From Epithemia pelagica (lineage: Eukaryota > Protista > Bacillariophyta), in assembly GCA_946965045.2 (NCBI GenBank), contig OX337236.1, positions 2,852,001 through 2,916,000 of the forward strand: a DNA stretch of 64,000 bases, read 5' to 3'. A program made the position numbers and the translations under genes. Shown in pieces: positions 1 to 11,100 of the stretch. The stretch's first letter is position 1. The number at the start of each line of letters is the position of its first letter. Below the pieces are notes generated by a model. It saw nothing but the letters and a program-made list of their open reading frames with translations, ran no database searches and was not told the DNA's origin.

Positions 1-28
1 CTTTGCCTCGGCGACCGAGTGTCGCCTA

Positions 29-655
29 ATGATGGACACCAAGGTCCAAAATCCCATGATTGCTCATTGGATTCGTCACAAGGTCCCCTCCTTGGAACAC
101 GTTCTTTCCTTGCCTCCACCCCGTTCCACCAATAAAGGTTCCACGACATTCACGGCAAACAACAACCACACGGACCAGAAATTGTACATGTTGTTCAATC
201 TCTTGCCCAGTACCAACCGAACCGCGTTCCAATCTCCTTGGTATTGTGGTGCTCTGGCCGCCGTCCAAGGAGGAATGGACGACAACATTGGGGACACTGT
301 ATCCACGACCATGGCTGTTACACCAGCAGAGGATTCTTCCTCCTCCTTGGTCGTTCGAGCGACTCGTGTGGCGATTCGGGGAGGAATCTTGGTCCTCTCC
401 TGTCCAGTCACGCTGACAGCAACCCAGAACGAAACCAACGACAACAACAGCCACCAGGCGACTCCCCTTCCCGTGACTCATGTATGGTCCTCGTCCCTCA
501 TACCCTCTCCACATGGGACCGTCATTCCACTGTACGATTTACGATTGCATCAAACCTGTCACGAATTGGAGGTACAAGAGTATCAGGACTTGTATCCGTC
601 ATCATCATCATCCATAGCAACTCGGCAGGTTGGTACCCCAGTCTCCAACCGTTCC

Positions 656-686
<31 letters not shown>

Positions 687-1765
687 GAACAACAACAAGC
701 GCCACGACCGAGTCACGCAATACTTCGACTACTACTACTACGACTCGTAGTACAAATCCTCAAGTGGGTGCCTGTCTCATTACACGAGGCGACAAGAGTC
801 GTCGAGCCTTGCACGAATGGCTCATTTACCACCGCTTGTTGGGCATTCATCACGTTTGGATTTATCTCAATGAACCATGGAATCTGACCCATGCCACACC
901 CACAACCACAGCATCATCCTCCTCCTCCTCCTCCTTGCCCAATCTCCCCTATGTCACGTATATACCCTACAATTACTGGTATCGCAATTTTGTACCATCT
1001 GACAATGGAATCCTGATTCGATGGCAAGTTCCCATGCAAATGACATGTCTCTGGAATGCCAAACGACTCGGTTTGGATTGGATCATGACGACCGATACCG
1101 ACGAATTTCTCGATGTCACCAATATTGTTCCCAAAGACCCATTGGACAAACCCCATCCGTCTGCCAACAACACCAAAACCGCCCAACAGGAGAACCAGCA
1201 GCACCATCCATTGCCAGGAGTATCCTCCAACGACACTACCAAAGCTGACGACAGCCATACGACTCACCATGAGTCACCAATACCGCCATTGCTTGAGTTC
1301 CTTGGCCGATACAATCCGCACCGTGTCGGTGCCTTGCAAATGATGAGTGTTCCCTACGGGCGTCATCGTCTTTTGGAACCCGAACCCAACAAACGCAACC
1401 AGTCATTATCGTCGTCGTTGCAAATGGATCAAGTGTGGCGGAATCGAAAATTGTGGCATACCAAATGGAATCGGCTCAAATTACTCTACAGTGTCCCCAA
1501 TGCCCTGGCCGTCAATGTCCATGCCTTGCTGGAATGTCACACGCGCCAACATGAAGCGTGTCCCATTCATCGATTGGATCCCACGAGTTCCATCTATTTG
1601 CGCCATTATCGACGGGGAGGCATGGCGACGACGGGAATCATGTTCAATCCCGATTTCAAACACTTGGTGGCCGATCGGCAATTGCCCCAACACTATCGGA
1701 CGGCCGTGTTGGAGGAATTGCACAAGACGACAATGACGACGGACAACCCACCAGTCGCATCGTAG
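29..1765 (+). CDS. Glycosyltransferase family 92 / DUF23-like protein
   Basis: 578-aa ORF with VGACLITR..LHEWLIYHRLLGIHHVWIYLNE and DWIMTTDTDEFL (DxD), typical of GT92/DUF23; poly-Thr spacers. The true 5' end may lie upstream of the window. Confidence 0.75.
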
Positions 1766-1912
1766 TCACCACCCACCACACGCACGCACACACATCAAGT
1801 GGTTTCTTTCGTGATGGACCATGCACAAACCAAAACAGGTTTCGTTGTGTGGTTAAAGTAGGATTACCTTGTTTATTCAGTATGTGCATTATCTATAGCG
1901 ATTCTCTCGAGA

Positions 1913-2674
1913 CTATATATACAGAGATTCTCGTTTCTCTTTTGTTCTTCTTGGCGGGAGGCTTGCTTGAGCAATCTGTGCGGCCCAAATCCGTGAGGGA
2001 CGGGAGATTTCTTGTGCCACCAATGCCATGGTGCAGGCACGTTGTTCGGCCGATGCATATGGATAGTCCTGATCTTCTTGAATGTCCAAGACGGCATGGA
2101 TCAATTCATCTCGTCGTGGTCTCTTGTCGAGTCGTAACCGGCGAATGGCCACCTTTTCCAATCCAATCCGGCCCGCATACGAGACTGAAAGCAACTCTCC
2201 AAGTACTTGACCATCCTGAGCGGACAAGACCGATTCTTGAGTGGCCTCGTTTTCTTCTTGGAGTGTCTTTCTTCGGGACATTGGTACTGCACAACAAGAT
2301 TGGTAGAGACGGTCTAGTGCTCCGCTGTACGAGTTTTTGTCTTTGCGGTTGCCTCGTTCCAAACGAATCACCATTTTGATGGCTTGTGTGTACTCATGTC
2401 GGAATTCTTGATAGTCTTGTGACGAGTACCATTTGTTCATATCACAGTCGTCTTGCTCTGGGACAATAACATGAGAATACGTGGTGGTGTGTTCGGCAAA
2501 CCGTACGCGACGATTCATTGTTGTTTGCTGCACAGTTTCAGTCTTTGAGAGGCTCGTGGGTTGCACGTAAAACGTAGAGGACGTCGATCCTTCTTCATCG
2601 GACAGAGGTGAAGCAATGGAGTACGGGTGGAACTGCGATATTCTGGATTGCTCGAGTTGTCCGATCATGATCAT
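1913..2674 (-). CDS. Diatom-type hypothetical protein (RRVRF...WYS...GLE family)
   Basis: 253-aa ORF with RRVRFAE, KWYSSQDYQEFR and RIGLEK motifs, a pattern common in diatom proteins of unknown function. Start codon uncertain. Confidence 0.6.
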   Translation of the reverse strand: MIMIGQLEQSRISQFHPYSIASPLSDEEGSTSSTFYVQPTSLSKTETVQQTTMNRRVRFAEHTTTYSHVIVPEQDDCDMNKWYSSQDYQEFRHEYTQAIKMVIRLERGNRKDKNSYSGALDRLYQSCCAVPMSRRKTLQEENEATQESVLSAQDGQVLGELLSVSYAGRIGLEKVAIRRLRLDKRPRRDELIHAVLDIQEDQDYPYASAEQRACTMALVAQEISRPSRIWAAQIAQASLPPRRTKEKRESLYI

Positions 2675-2880
2675 GGATTTTGTCTGTTGTTGTTTTGTTT
2701 AGTTGTGATTTTTGTGAGACGGCAATCATATTTTGGGTTTGGGATTTCGGATATAGTGGTTGCTGTCTGTGCTGATGCGGAGCATAATATGCCCGAGACC
2801 TTAAACTCCGAACAGCTCATATCCGACGACCGACTGCCTGAGTCAACAGTCAACAGGAGCAAGTAAAGAGTAAAGACAAA

Positions 2881-4134
2881 CATTCGCCATTAAATCCCCT
2901 CCATTTTGGTGAGGCGGCCAGACCAAATTCGGTCGCGTGTCCTGGACACGTGCTTGGAAGGGCTTGCTCTCAAATGGGTGGCTTTGCCAGCTCTCCAACT
3001 GCCTGCAAGCGGCCCTGCGTGGATGACGGTTGGTTGTTTCATAATGTCGGACAAGCAACAAGCACACAATCCTTTTCTCTTGCCAAAGCACATCGGATTA
3101 ATGGCATTCCAGGTGAGCTTGATCCATTGCGGATTGCCATGACAATTACATTGCTCATGCTCACTCACACTTGTCTCTTTTGCTTGCTCTGCTCATTGGA
3201 CGAGCGTCTGCTCATCTGCTGTGTCTCTGGCTCAGCAGCTAATTACTTGCCATTGTTCATTTCTGTCGAAATGAGTCCATAACTTTCATTGCATTCATCC
3301 ACAGACTATAAACCTTTTTTTCTTTATTCACTAGAAATAGAACTCATGTGCTAGCCATCTATAGAGTTAAGTGCCTTCTGTATTCGTGTTGTACATCTGT
3401 TTTCTGTTTTGAGCACGTCAATGACCCTCAGTTCCACCATGAACACACGACAGAGCAGCTCTTACACGCATCTACAGCTACGAATTGAATCATTCGCTGT
3501 ATGACTCTAGATCTAGGTGCTGATAATTGGAAAGTAGGGTGTGGAAGCAAAAACAACAACATGTTTGGTCGTTGAGAAATGATTGAGAATGATCTATCCT
3601 ACAGAAGACATAAAAGTAACCAACCAGCCAACAATCAAACAACAAAAGAATTGCAACAAGGGGAAGGGGATAGATATTCCACTTGACCACAAGCAGCTTA
3701 TACCGACTAGTCTACGCGTACAACATGAGACAAAACCAAAGGATTATGCATGAACCAAAGGAAAGATTGCAGCAGTGATGAGTAAGAAGAAAGAAAAGGA
3801 GAGAAGAAGATTAGAACTAAGCAGCAGTAGTTAGAAGTTAGAAGCGATTCCGCCCAGCATGATTCGTCCATGGTTCATACCTCATGTCATGTGCCTCGGT
3901 TTTGGGTTTTTGTGAGAGACGCGAACGAGAGGGTTGCCCAATTTTGTGAGGATTCGTCCTAAACAAGAAACCAAATCCGAGGAAGCTGGACGCAAGCCGA
4001 CCTTGATGTAACGGTGTTGGCAATTAGAGATACTTAGAGCTAACTGGAGCAGTGGCGGGCGACATTGAAAAAAGGATAGGGTTGGGGATTTGTCTGGCCG
4101 CCTCACCAAAATGGAGGGGATTTAATGGCGAATG
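2881..4134. mobile_element. Non-autonomous TIR DNA element (MITE-like, 1254 bp)
   Basis: Perfect 43-bp terminal inverted repeat: CATTCGCCATTAAATCCCCTCCATTTTGGTGAGGCGGCCAGAC at 2881-2923, reverse complement at 4092-4134. AAA on both flanks may be a 3-bp TSD. No transposase ORF inside. Confidence 0.8.
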
Positions 4135-4234
4135 AAATACTCACAATCGCACACAAAACACATCACCGGGAGCCGATAATATGACATAACGTTTGCATAT
4201 ATACTCAAATAACAAAAATAACTTGTCAAACTTC

Positions 4235-5160
4235 TAGAGCTGGGTCAAGCGTCAAGCGCTCAAGCGCTCAAGCGCTTGACTTCTCAAGCGCTTGAGGAGC
4301 TCCAGCACAGAAAGGGTGTTGCTTGAGAGCTCAAGCGCTCAAGCACCTAGACTAGAGGAAAGTGCCAAAACGCAGCAAACCATCATTCGTCTGCCCCTAA
4401 CAGCCTTTCTACAATGCCTGAGACATCTATTGATGATCACAATGAGTCATCATACCATCCAGATGATGAAAATTATGAGCAAGTGGCTGAAGAGGGCCCA
4501 ACAGATGACAATGATGATAGTGAGAAGAATAAATTGTCATCCATGGAAAAAGAATACGTAAGGCCTCCTACTATTGCCATTCACAAAGGCAAGGAAATAT
4601 GTGTTACAAAGATATCTCAAGATGCTGCTGATGGAGTTTGCGTCCCATTATTGGACAGGAAAACTGTTCATTGGCATTTGTAGCATGTTGGAGTGAGAAA
4701 AAATGGACGAAGTCTCTGACAAGCCTACTACACAACCTCCGCTAGCTAGACTCTAACAATTGAAAAGAGGAACGACTCATTATTAGACAAGAATCTCTCC
4801 ACAACTTCCCACTACGAGCTCTTCGTCTGTGCCCAGCAACGAACTAAGCTCACGCAATCAGAAGGCATTATTCTTGCAAGAAGAATCTACACCACGAGAT
4901 CGCACAAAGACAACGGAATGAAAAGTATCTTTTAAGAGTAACTTCGAAATAGATTTTCCATCACCTATCATGTACACAATAGATAGTATGACAAGTTACC
5001 ATGTCACTAGAGATGCTATGATGAGTCTATTGCCATAGTTTCCCGTGTTAGCACTGTTTGCTGCCGCTTGAGCGCTTGAGCGCTTGAATTTGGTCCTAGC
5101 TCAAGCGCTCAAGCGCTTGAGTTCTCCAGCAGAAAAAAGCTGTTGCTTGACACAGCTCTA
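4235..5160. mobile_element. hAT-superfamily non-autonomous element (926 bp)
   Basis: 16-bp TIR TAGAGCTG(G/T)GTCAAGC (15/16 match) and a perfect 8-bp TSD CAAACTTC (4227-4234 and 5161-5168). Clusters of TCAAGC/GCTTGA subterminal repeats at both ends. Confidence 0.92.
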
Positions 5161-7389
5161 CAAACTTCCCAACCATTTCAGTCCCATTTCCTCTAAAAGA
5201 CAACAGACAGTCAGAGATACTTACGAGTATTACTTATCCCTAACAGATAACAAAAGATAACAGCCTCCGCCGAACCTGACCCTCGGCCATCTATTCTCTA
5301 CGAGTATTCCATAATATGCGTATTGTAAAATTCCACCATCAACGAATTTTTCAGTACAGATTCCATATTATTTCGACATCAGATTGGATAAACAGCAAAG
5401 AGTGTGGATGTTAGTTTAGGTTCAGGGTTCAGGTTCTTTTCTATCCTAGGACTGGGAGTATTCTACTTCCCGCTCGCTAATGCGCGGGCTGGCGTGTCTT
5501 CGGACGGACTAATCTGCTTCCACTCGCACTCGGTCGCCGATACTTTCTACATCGGGGATCAGGGCATCAACGATAGGGAGCTCCTCTAGTTTTCTGTCGC
5601 CCACGATAAACACTGGTGGTGTATCTTTGGGTGAGCTGAACGAGTGTCTAGCTTGGAGTCCCAGTCGTCTTCTTTCTTGGTATGACATGGGCGGGATCGT
5701 ATCAATGATACTATCGCTCCTCATGTCCGTGCCCTGATCGCTTTCGTCATACGGAAAATAAAAAAACTACCTAGAGAAATTCACCTTTTCATTCTCTGAG
5801 TACTCCTAGCTAATTTTCGATGATTTTCTAGCTACGTAGATACCCTATACCCAATTCATGAATCTATATTGCATATTGAGTCACGTCCCTTTCATATCAA
5901 TACTCGTACATATTCCAATCACTTGAATTTCGCATTCGTAAAGGCCCAACCAGGATCAAGTACGAGTATATGCCGTTTTTCTGAGCATCCATCCACCAGC
6001 TTTGTACTTTGTATTCGTACTTATTACTTACTCCTATATCTTTTTGAATTTTGAATGAATTGACGATGAATGTTGAATGTCCAATGTCCAGCCCGCAGTG
6101 TCATAATCACCATAAGATCGTATTCGTAGCAACATAGCAAGTTATGTCCCATTTTTCCAAATTTCTGGTAAATGTAAGGGAGTTCTGCTTTTTTCACGTT
6201 CCAAAACTACTCTCCAGAGCTACAGGCTATTTTATTAATAAAATTTATTTCATTGTATATACTTAATTCACGCTAGAGATTAGTTTCTACATTGAATAAT
6301 ATTGTAACCACGATATTGCTTGCTTCCGAATTGTCAAATATTACTGCTGGAAGCTCGGGAAAGGATCGAAAGCAGCAGAACAATCTACACTTGCGACTCG
6401 AGCTTTTTTGTTTTCGAGAGAGTGCAAGACTATGAGAGAAGAGAAACAAAACCGGGAACCCAGCTGAGAAGAAGTATTTCCCTCAAATTGACTCACTATA
6501 TAGATCTTATCGATTATCGATGCGGGACACTTTTTGACTTTTGACGCTCTATCGTAAAAAGAGAGGAGCCGTCGTAGCTCTGGTTCGAGGTACGTCATTC
6601 ACAAGCAAATCTGAATCACATTGCTGGATCGAATACTCCTATATTGCAAATACGCACGATCGTGACTATATCCTCGGTAGTAGTAATTTGGCAAAACCCT
6701 CTTTCACAGCGTCACAAACACTTGGTTAGGCTTGGACGATCATCATCGCCTCTCTTCGTGCGTCAAAACAGCTTCGTTAGAAGCGTCTGAGAAACTAGAT
6801 GCGCATCTGTTGACTCATCACAGTCCACGAACAACCAAGTTCAGTCGAACGACGCTGATTCACACATCTCTCTCTATTCTTGCCTCATGACCCTGAGACC
6901 ATCCGTTCACGTTTGCCCAGTGAGATTCTAAATTGTGTTTGGATGAAAAAATAGTCCATTCTTCTCTTTTTGGTGCGAACAAGAGAATTCCACGTTCCCG
7001 ACGGAGAATCGAGGAGCGTCATGACTGCCCTGATTCGGCAAAATTCAGCATCTTGGTACGCACCTTTTTCGTTCTAGCCAAGAAGAACAACATCATCGTC
7101 ATCATTGGGGAGGAGAAGAACGTCTTTTGCAAATGAGTGTTTGGTGGCACGGTTCTCCTACCATCAAAGAGTACTGCTACTGAATACTAGAGTGCAGACT
7201 CAGGACATCGCATGGCTTCGCTTCGGCAAACATCACCATTCGTTGGTCCAAAGGAAGGATCAAACTCAGAGAGGTGGATTCTGACTCTCTCACGTCTTTT
7301 CAAGAAGAAACATGAATGCGCAGCAATGCGATCGACTCATCCATTCTTGCGCGTTCGATGGCAGGAACGACCAACTGATGTCATGGAAA

Positions 7390-7408
7390 CTTGTTAGAAG
7401 TTTTAACA
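7390..7408 (+). repeat. 5' LTR remnant (last 19 bp of U5)
   Basis: CTTGTTAGAAGTTTTAACA is identical to the 3' LTR end at 13550-13568. The sequence upstream does not match the LTR. Confidence 0.85.
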
Positions 7409-7422
7409 TATTCTCCATTGAA
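7409..7422 (+). promoter_or_regulatory. Primer-binding site, complementary to the element's own LTR
   Basis: TATTCTCCATTGAA directly abuts the LTR terminal CA. It does not start with TGG, and it is the exact reverse complement of TTCAATGGAGAATA at 13272-13285 and 13494-13507. Confidence 0.8.
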
Positions 7423-7465
7423 ATCATTACACTAAGTACCTCCGTTGTTGACGTGAAGTACTCTT

Positions 7466-8164
7466 ATGAGTGAAGAGGGCACAAGTGATCGCGTACAATC
7501 TTTATTATCGGAACTGGCCCAACTCACTATCGAACAAGAGGATCTCTTACACGAAGCGGAACAGCGCTACCAACAACGCTTTCGCACCAAGGAGGCGCAG
7601 CATCGCGAGGCCATCGCTGCACTGGAGCGACAACGAGAAATCGAAAGAGACAACGATTACGAGGAAACGGAGATTCGGAAACAGCTGATCTTCGAGGAGA
7701 TACAGGAAAAGCGACGCACGTTGCTAGACAAAATCAAGCGGGCTGAGCGGGGCCCATCAACCTGCGCGGCTACATACGCAGAGCACTCCGCTGAAGCGTA
7801 TCTTGTGGAACCGAACCACGAAAACCCGAACCTAGAAAACAATTCGGAAGAGAATCAAGATCTTCGCGCATCCCCAGTCGCTCTCGTTGACCTGAGCCGA
7901 GAAACACCGGACGGTGAAATCGAAACAGAAACAATCATCCCCGCTATTCCACCACAAAGAGGCGTACTCCCACGGTGGATTCCTATTGGAACTCGCGTTT
8001 GGGTATTGAATACTCTCAAGTTGAAGGAAACAGTGGGACGAACACATCTCCAAGGCACAGTGTCGCGCCACGGCACATTATATCACTTTATCAAGATTTG
8101 GAATCCCATCACCAAAGATACAGAAGAACACCGCCGCCATCGTGACAGCATTGCGATTGTTTAA
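7466..8164 (+). CDS. Accessory ORF of the copia element (coiled coil plus C-terminal SH3/KOW-like beta domain)
   Basis: 232-aa ORF between the PBS and gag-pol, ending 5 nt before the gag ATG. E/Q/R-rich heptads N-terminally; IGTRVWVLN..QGTVSR..FIKI..RHRDSIAIV C-terminally. The fold assignment is inference. Confidence 0.7.
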   Translation: MSEEGTSDRVQSLLSELAQLTIEQEDLLHEAEQRYQQRFRTKEAQHREAIAALERQREIERDNDYEETEIRKQLIFEEIQEKRRTLLDKIKRAERGPSTCAATYAEHSAEAYLVEPNHENPNLENNSEENQDLRASPVALVDLSRETPDGEIETETIIPAIPPQRGVLPRWIPIGTRVWVLNTLKLKETVGRTHLQGTVSRHGTLYHFIKIWNPITKDTEEHRRHRDSIAIV

Positions 8165-8169
8165 ACGAG

Positions 8170-11100
8170 ATGTCTCAACAAGACAACGCAAATCGTCCAG
8201 ACACGGTTGAGTCTAGCTCCCGGTCGAGTGGACAACGTCAAGGCAGAGGCGGACGAGGAAGAGGACGAGGATGGCAGAATCAGGCTCAACAATCCAACTC
8301 GCCTAGATTTCAAGGCCAAGAACCGTCGCTTAAAGAATGCATATTCGACTACAGTGAGGATCCGCAATCGAAGCGCTATTTACGAAACGTCGAGTTATTG
8401 ATCGGCTACGTCGGTAGTAATTTTGATCGACACAATCAAGAATTCCAACAAGCACTCGAAGCATTGGAACTACCCGACCCAGAAGAAGCAACAAAACCAA
8501 AAGACCCCACAGATATGATCCAAGTGGAAGAGTGGAAGATGGCGTACAAAGCACGCCAAGATCAAATGGTCCTCTACAAAAACTTTCGTGCAGCTCTATA
8601 CAGCTTGATTATGGGACAGTGCACTCCGCTACTCAAGGATAAGCTACAGGCCCACGAGACCTTTGGAGAGATCAAGAAGATGCGTGACGGTGTGGATCTC
8701 TTGAAACTTATCAAGCAAATCACATTCACCTTTGATTCCGGACGCATATTCACTCTTGTCGCCCGAGATAAGCTCAAGGAAGATTTCTATAGTCTGAGGC
8801 GACGAAATAATCAAAGCCTCCATTCATATTACGAGGTATTCCGAGCCAAAGTCAAGGTCATGAATGAAGCCGGGATTGTCCTGTACGATAAGGACATGTT
8901 GGAACGAGTGGCGAAGGAAAAGAAACACACAACACCTTCTTCCGACGACCACGAGGACGCCCAAAATCGTTGTATTGCCATTCGATTCATCCGATCTTGT
9001 GGCAACAAGGAGTACGAAGCACATTTGCAAAATATGTTCTTGGATGGACAGAATGTATACCCCAAGACGCTTGCCAATGCTCGTGCGATCCTGGACAATC
9101 GAATGACAGGAAAACCAAAGAACAATCCTGGTCAGAGCAGCGGTCAGCCCGACAACGCCACCGGTGTGGCGTATGTAACAAGTGGAGAGACGAGTTTGCC
9201 CGATTCCACCATGACAGGCCACTCCAATGCGACAACTGCAACAGGAGCACATGCAAGTGGCTCCCAAGCATCGACAACACAGAGTCGCTCAAATCGAACC
9301 AACTCACAAGCCGAGGGTAACAATGAATCCAATCGAGGTGTGCTAACCTCATCAAACAGGGGCTCAATCGTCAACTGCGACTCACCTGATTATGTTTTCT
9401 CTTCCTCTACCATGCAGGCTAGCATTCCCCCTCAATGGCTGTTACTGGACAATCAGTCCACCGTTGACATCATCAAAGATCCATCCTTATTAAAAAATAT
9501 TCACTCGTCTGAGACTCCCATCGTCATTCAGAGTCATGCCGGTCAGAGGACTCTTCAGTTGCGAGGACTCCTGCCTGGATATGGCATCGTATGGCATGAT
9601 CCTGAGGGTCCAGCCAACATCATCTCCCTAAACAACGCACACACAAGATTTCACATCAAATATGACAGCGACCGTGGAAATTCATTTGCCTTACATGACC
9701 GAGCCACTGGTAGGCTAAAACACAAGTTCAATCCAAGCCCAGAAGGTTTATTCTACCTGGATACATCGACGTTACAGAGTAGCTTCGTAACAACTGTTAG
9801 CGAAAACGAAGAATCATACTCCCCGGAAGAAATTCGTAGAGCCAAGCTGGCCAGATCACTCCTAGCGAAGATAGGAAGGCCTTCTACCAAGGATTATCTT
9901 CATATCCTAAGGCACAACCTACTACCAAACGCTAACATTACTACTGACGATGTACACAGGGCCGAGAAGATCTACGGACCAGATTTGGGAACGCTCAAAG
10001 GCAAGACAACGAGACGCAAGTCCCCATTTGTCGACACGTCCACGACAGTACCACCTCGTATTGCTGAGAAGCACAAGGATGTCACATTGACCATTGACGT
10101 TATGCACGTGAACAATATACCATTCCTTGTCACCACGTCAAGGAAAATACATTTCGGGACGATCGACGCCATACAATCAACCACTGACACCAATATCATA
10201 CAATCCCTGAAGAAGACTGTGGCAGTTTACCGACGTGGCGGGATTAGACCGAGAATTGTGTTGGCTGATGGTGCATTTACAAGTGATGATATGCAAGCCA
10301 GTCTCCAACTCCTCGGCATCACCATCAATCCCACTGCCAGGGATGAGCATGTAGGTGATGTGGAACGTTACATCAGGACTGTGAAGGAGAGGATGCGCTG
10401 TGTTTATAACACGCTTCCTTTCGATGCCCTACCGAAGGTCATGTTGATAGAACTGGCCAAATTTGCCACGTTTTGGTTAAACTGCTTCCCACATCACACC
10501 GGCATTTCCAAAACACAAAGTCCACGTCTACTCGTGACCGGAGAGCATGTCGATTTCAACAAACATTGTCGGTATGAATTTGGCCAATACGTGCAGTGCC
10601 ATGAGCAGCACGATAACACCATGGCCCCAAGAACCATCGGAGCTATCGCATTGAGGCCAACCGGTAACAGGCAAGGTAGTTATTACTTCCTTAGCCTCAC
10701 TAGCGGCAGAGTAATCACAAGGAATCACGCCACCGCTTTACCTATGCCAGCAGAAGTCATTCAACGAGTACATCAGTTGGCGCAAAGTCAAGAGATGCAA
10801 CCGGGACTAGCATTCGGCAATCGTGACAACAGAATCTTGTTCCTAGACGAGAACAATGAACTGTTTGATGATGATGACGAGTCCTATGAAGATGTACAGG
10901 ACATGGATGAGGATCTGCGGTATGACGATGATCTAGTTGAGAATGAATTAGCTGAAGATGACGTGCCTGATGTTGAAAATGTCATAAACGAGCCAGAGCC
11001 CAACCAGCCGTTGGACAATTTGGATCTTGAACCGTTGGAAATCCAAGGAGTGGGGGCAGAAGCCAATCTGCCTGACCCAGTAGACAATGAACAATATCAT

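Noticed and set aside
5410-5436. TTTAGGTTCAGGGTTCAGG as an interstitial telomere or Helitron end; GCCGA..TCGGC hairpin at about 5268-5287
   Set aside because: Only 2-3 degenerate units, with no CTRR end or partner terminus identified.
5161-6900. AT-rich region with short ORFs (for example 5509-5724) as a transposon
   Set aside because: No TIRs, TSD or catalytic motifs could be paired with it or with 14600-14860.
7392-7408. TGTTA..TAACA read as a complete 17-bp mini-LTR
   Set aside because: The PPT-adjacent LTR starts at TGTTGAGG (13109) and is about 238 bp. The 17-mer is just its U5 end, and the TSD does not abut it.
7409-7426. Conventional tRNA primer-binding site
   Set aside because: No TGG start and no match to the half-tRNAiMet type site as I know it; a full tRNA database search was not possible.
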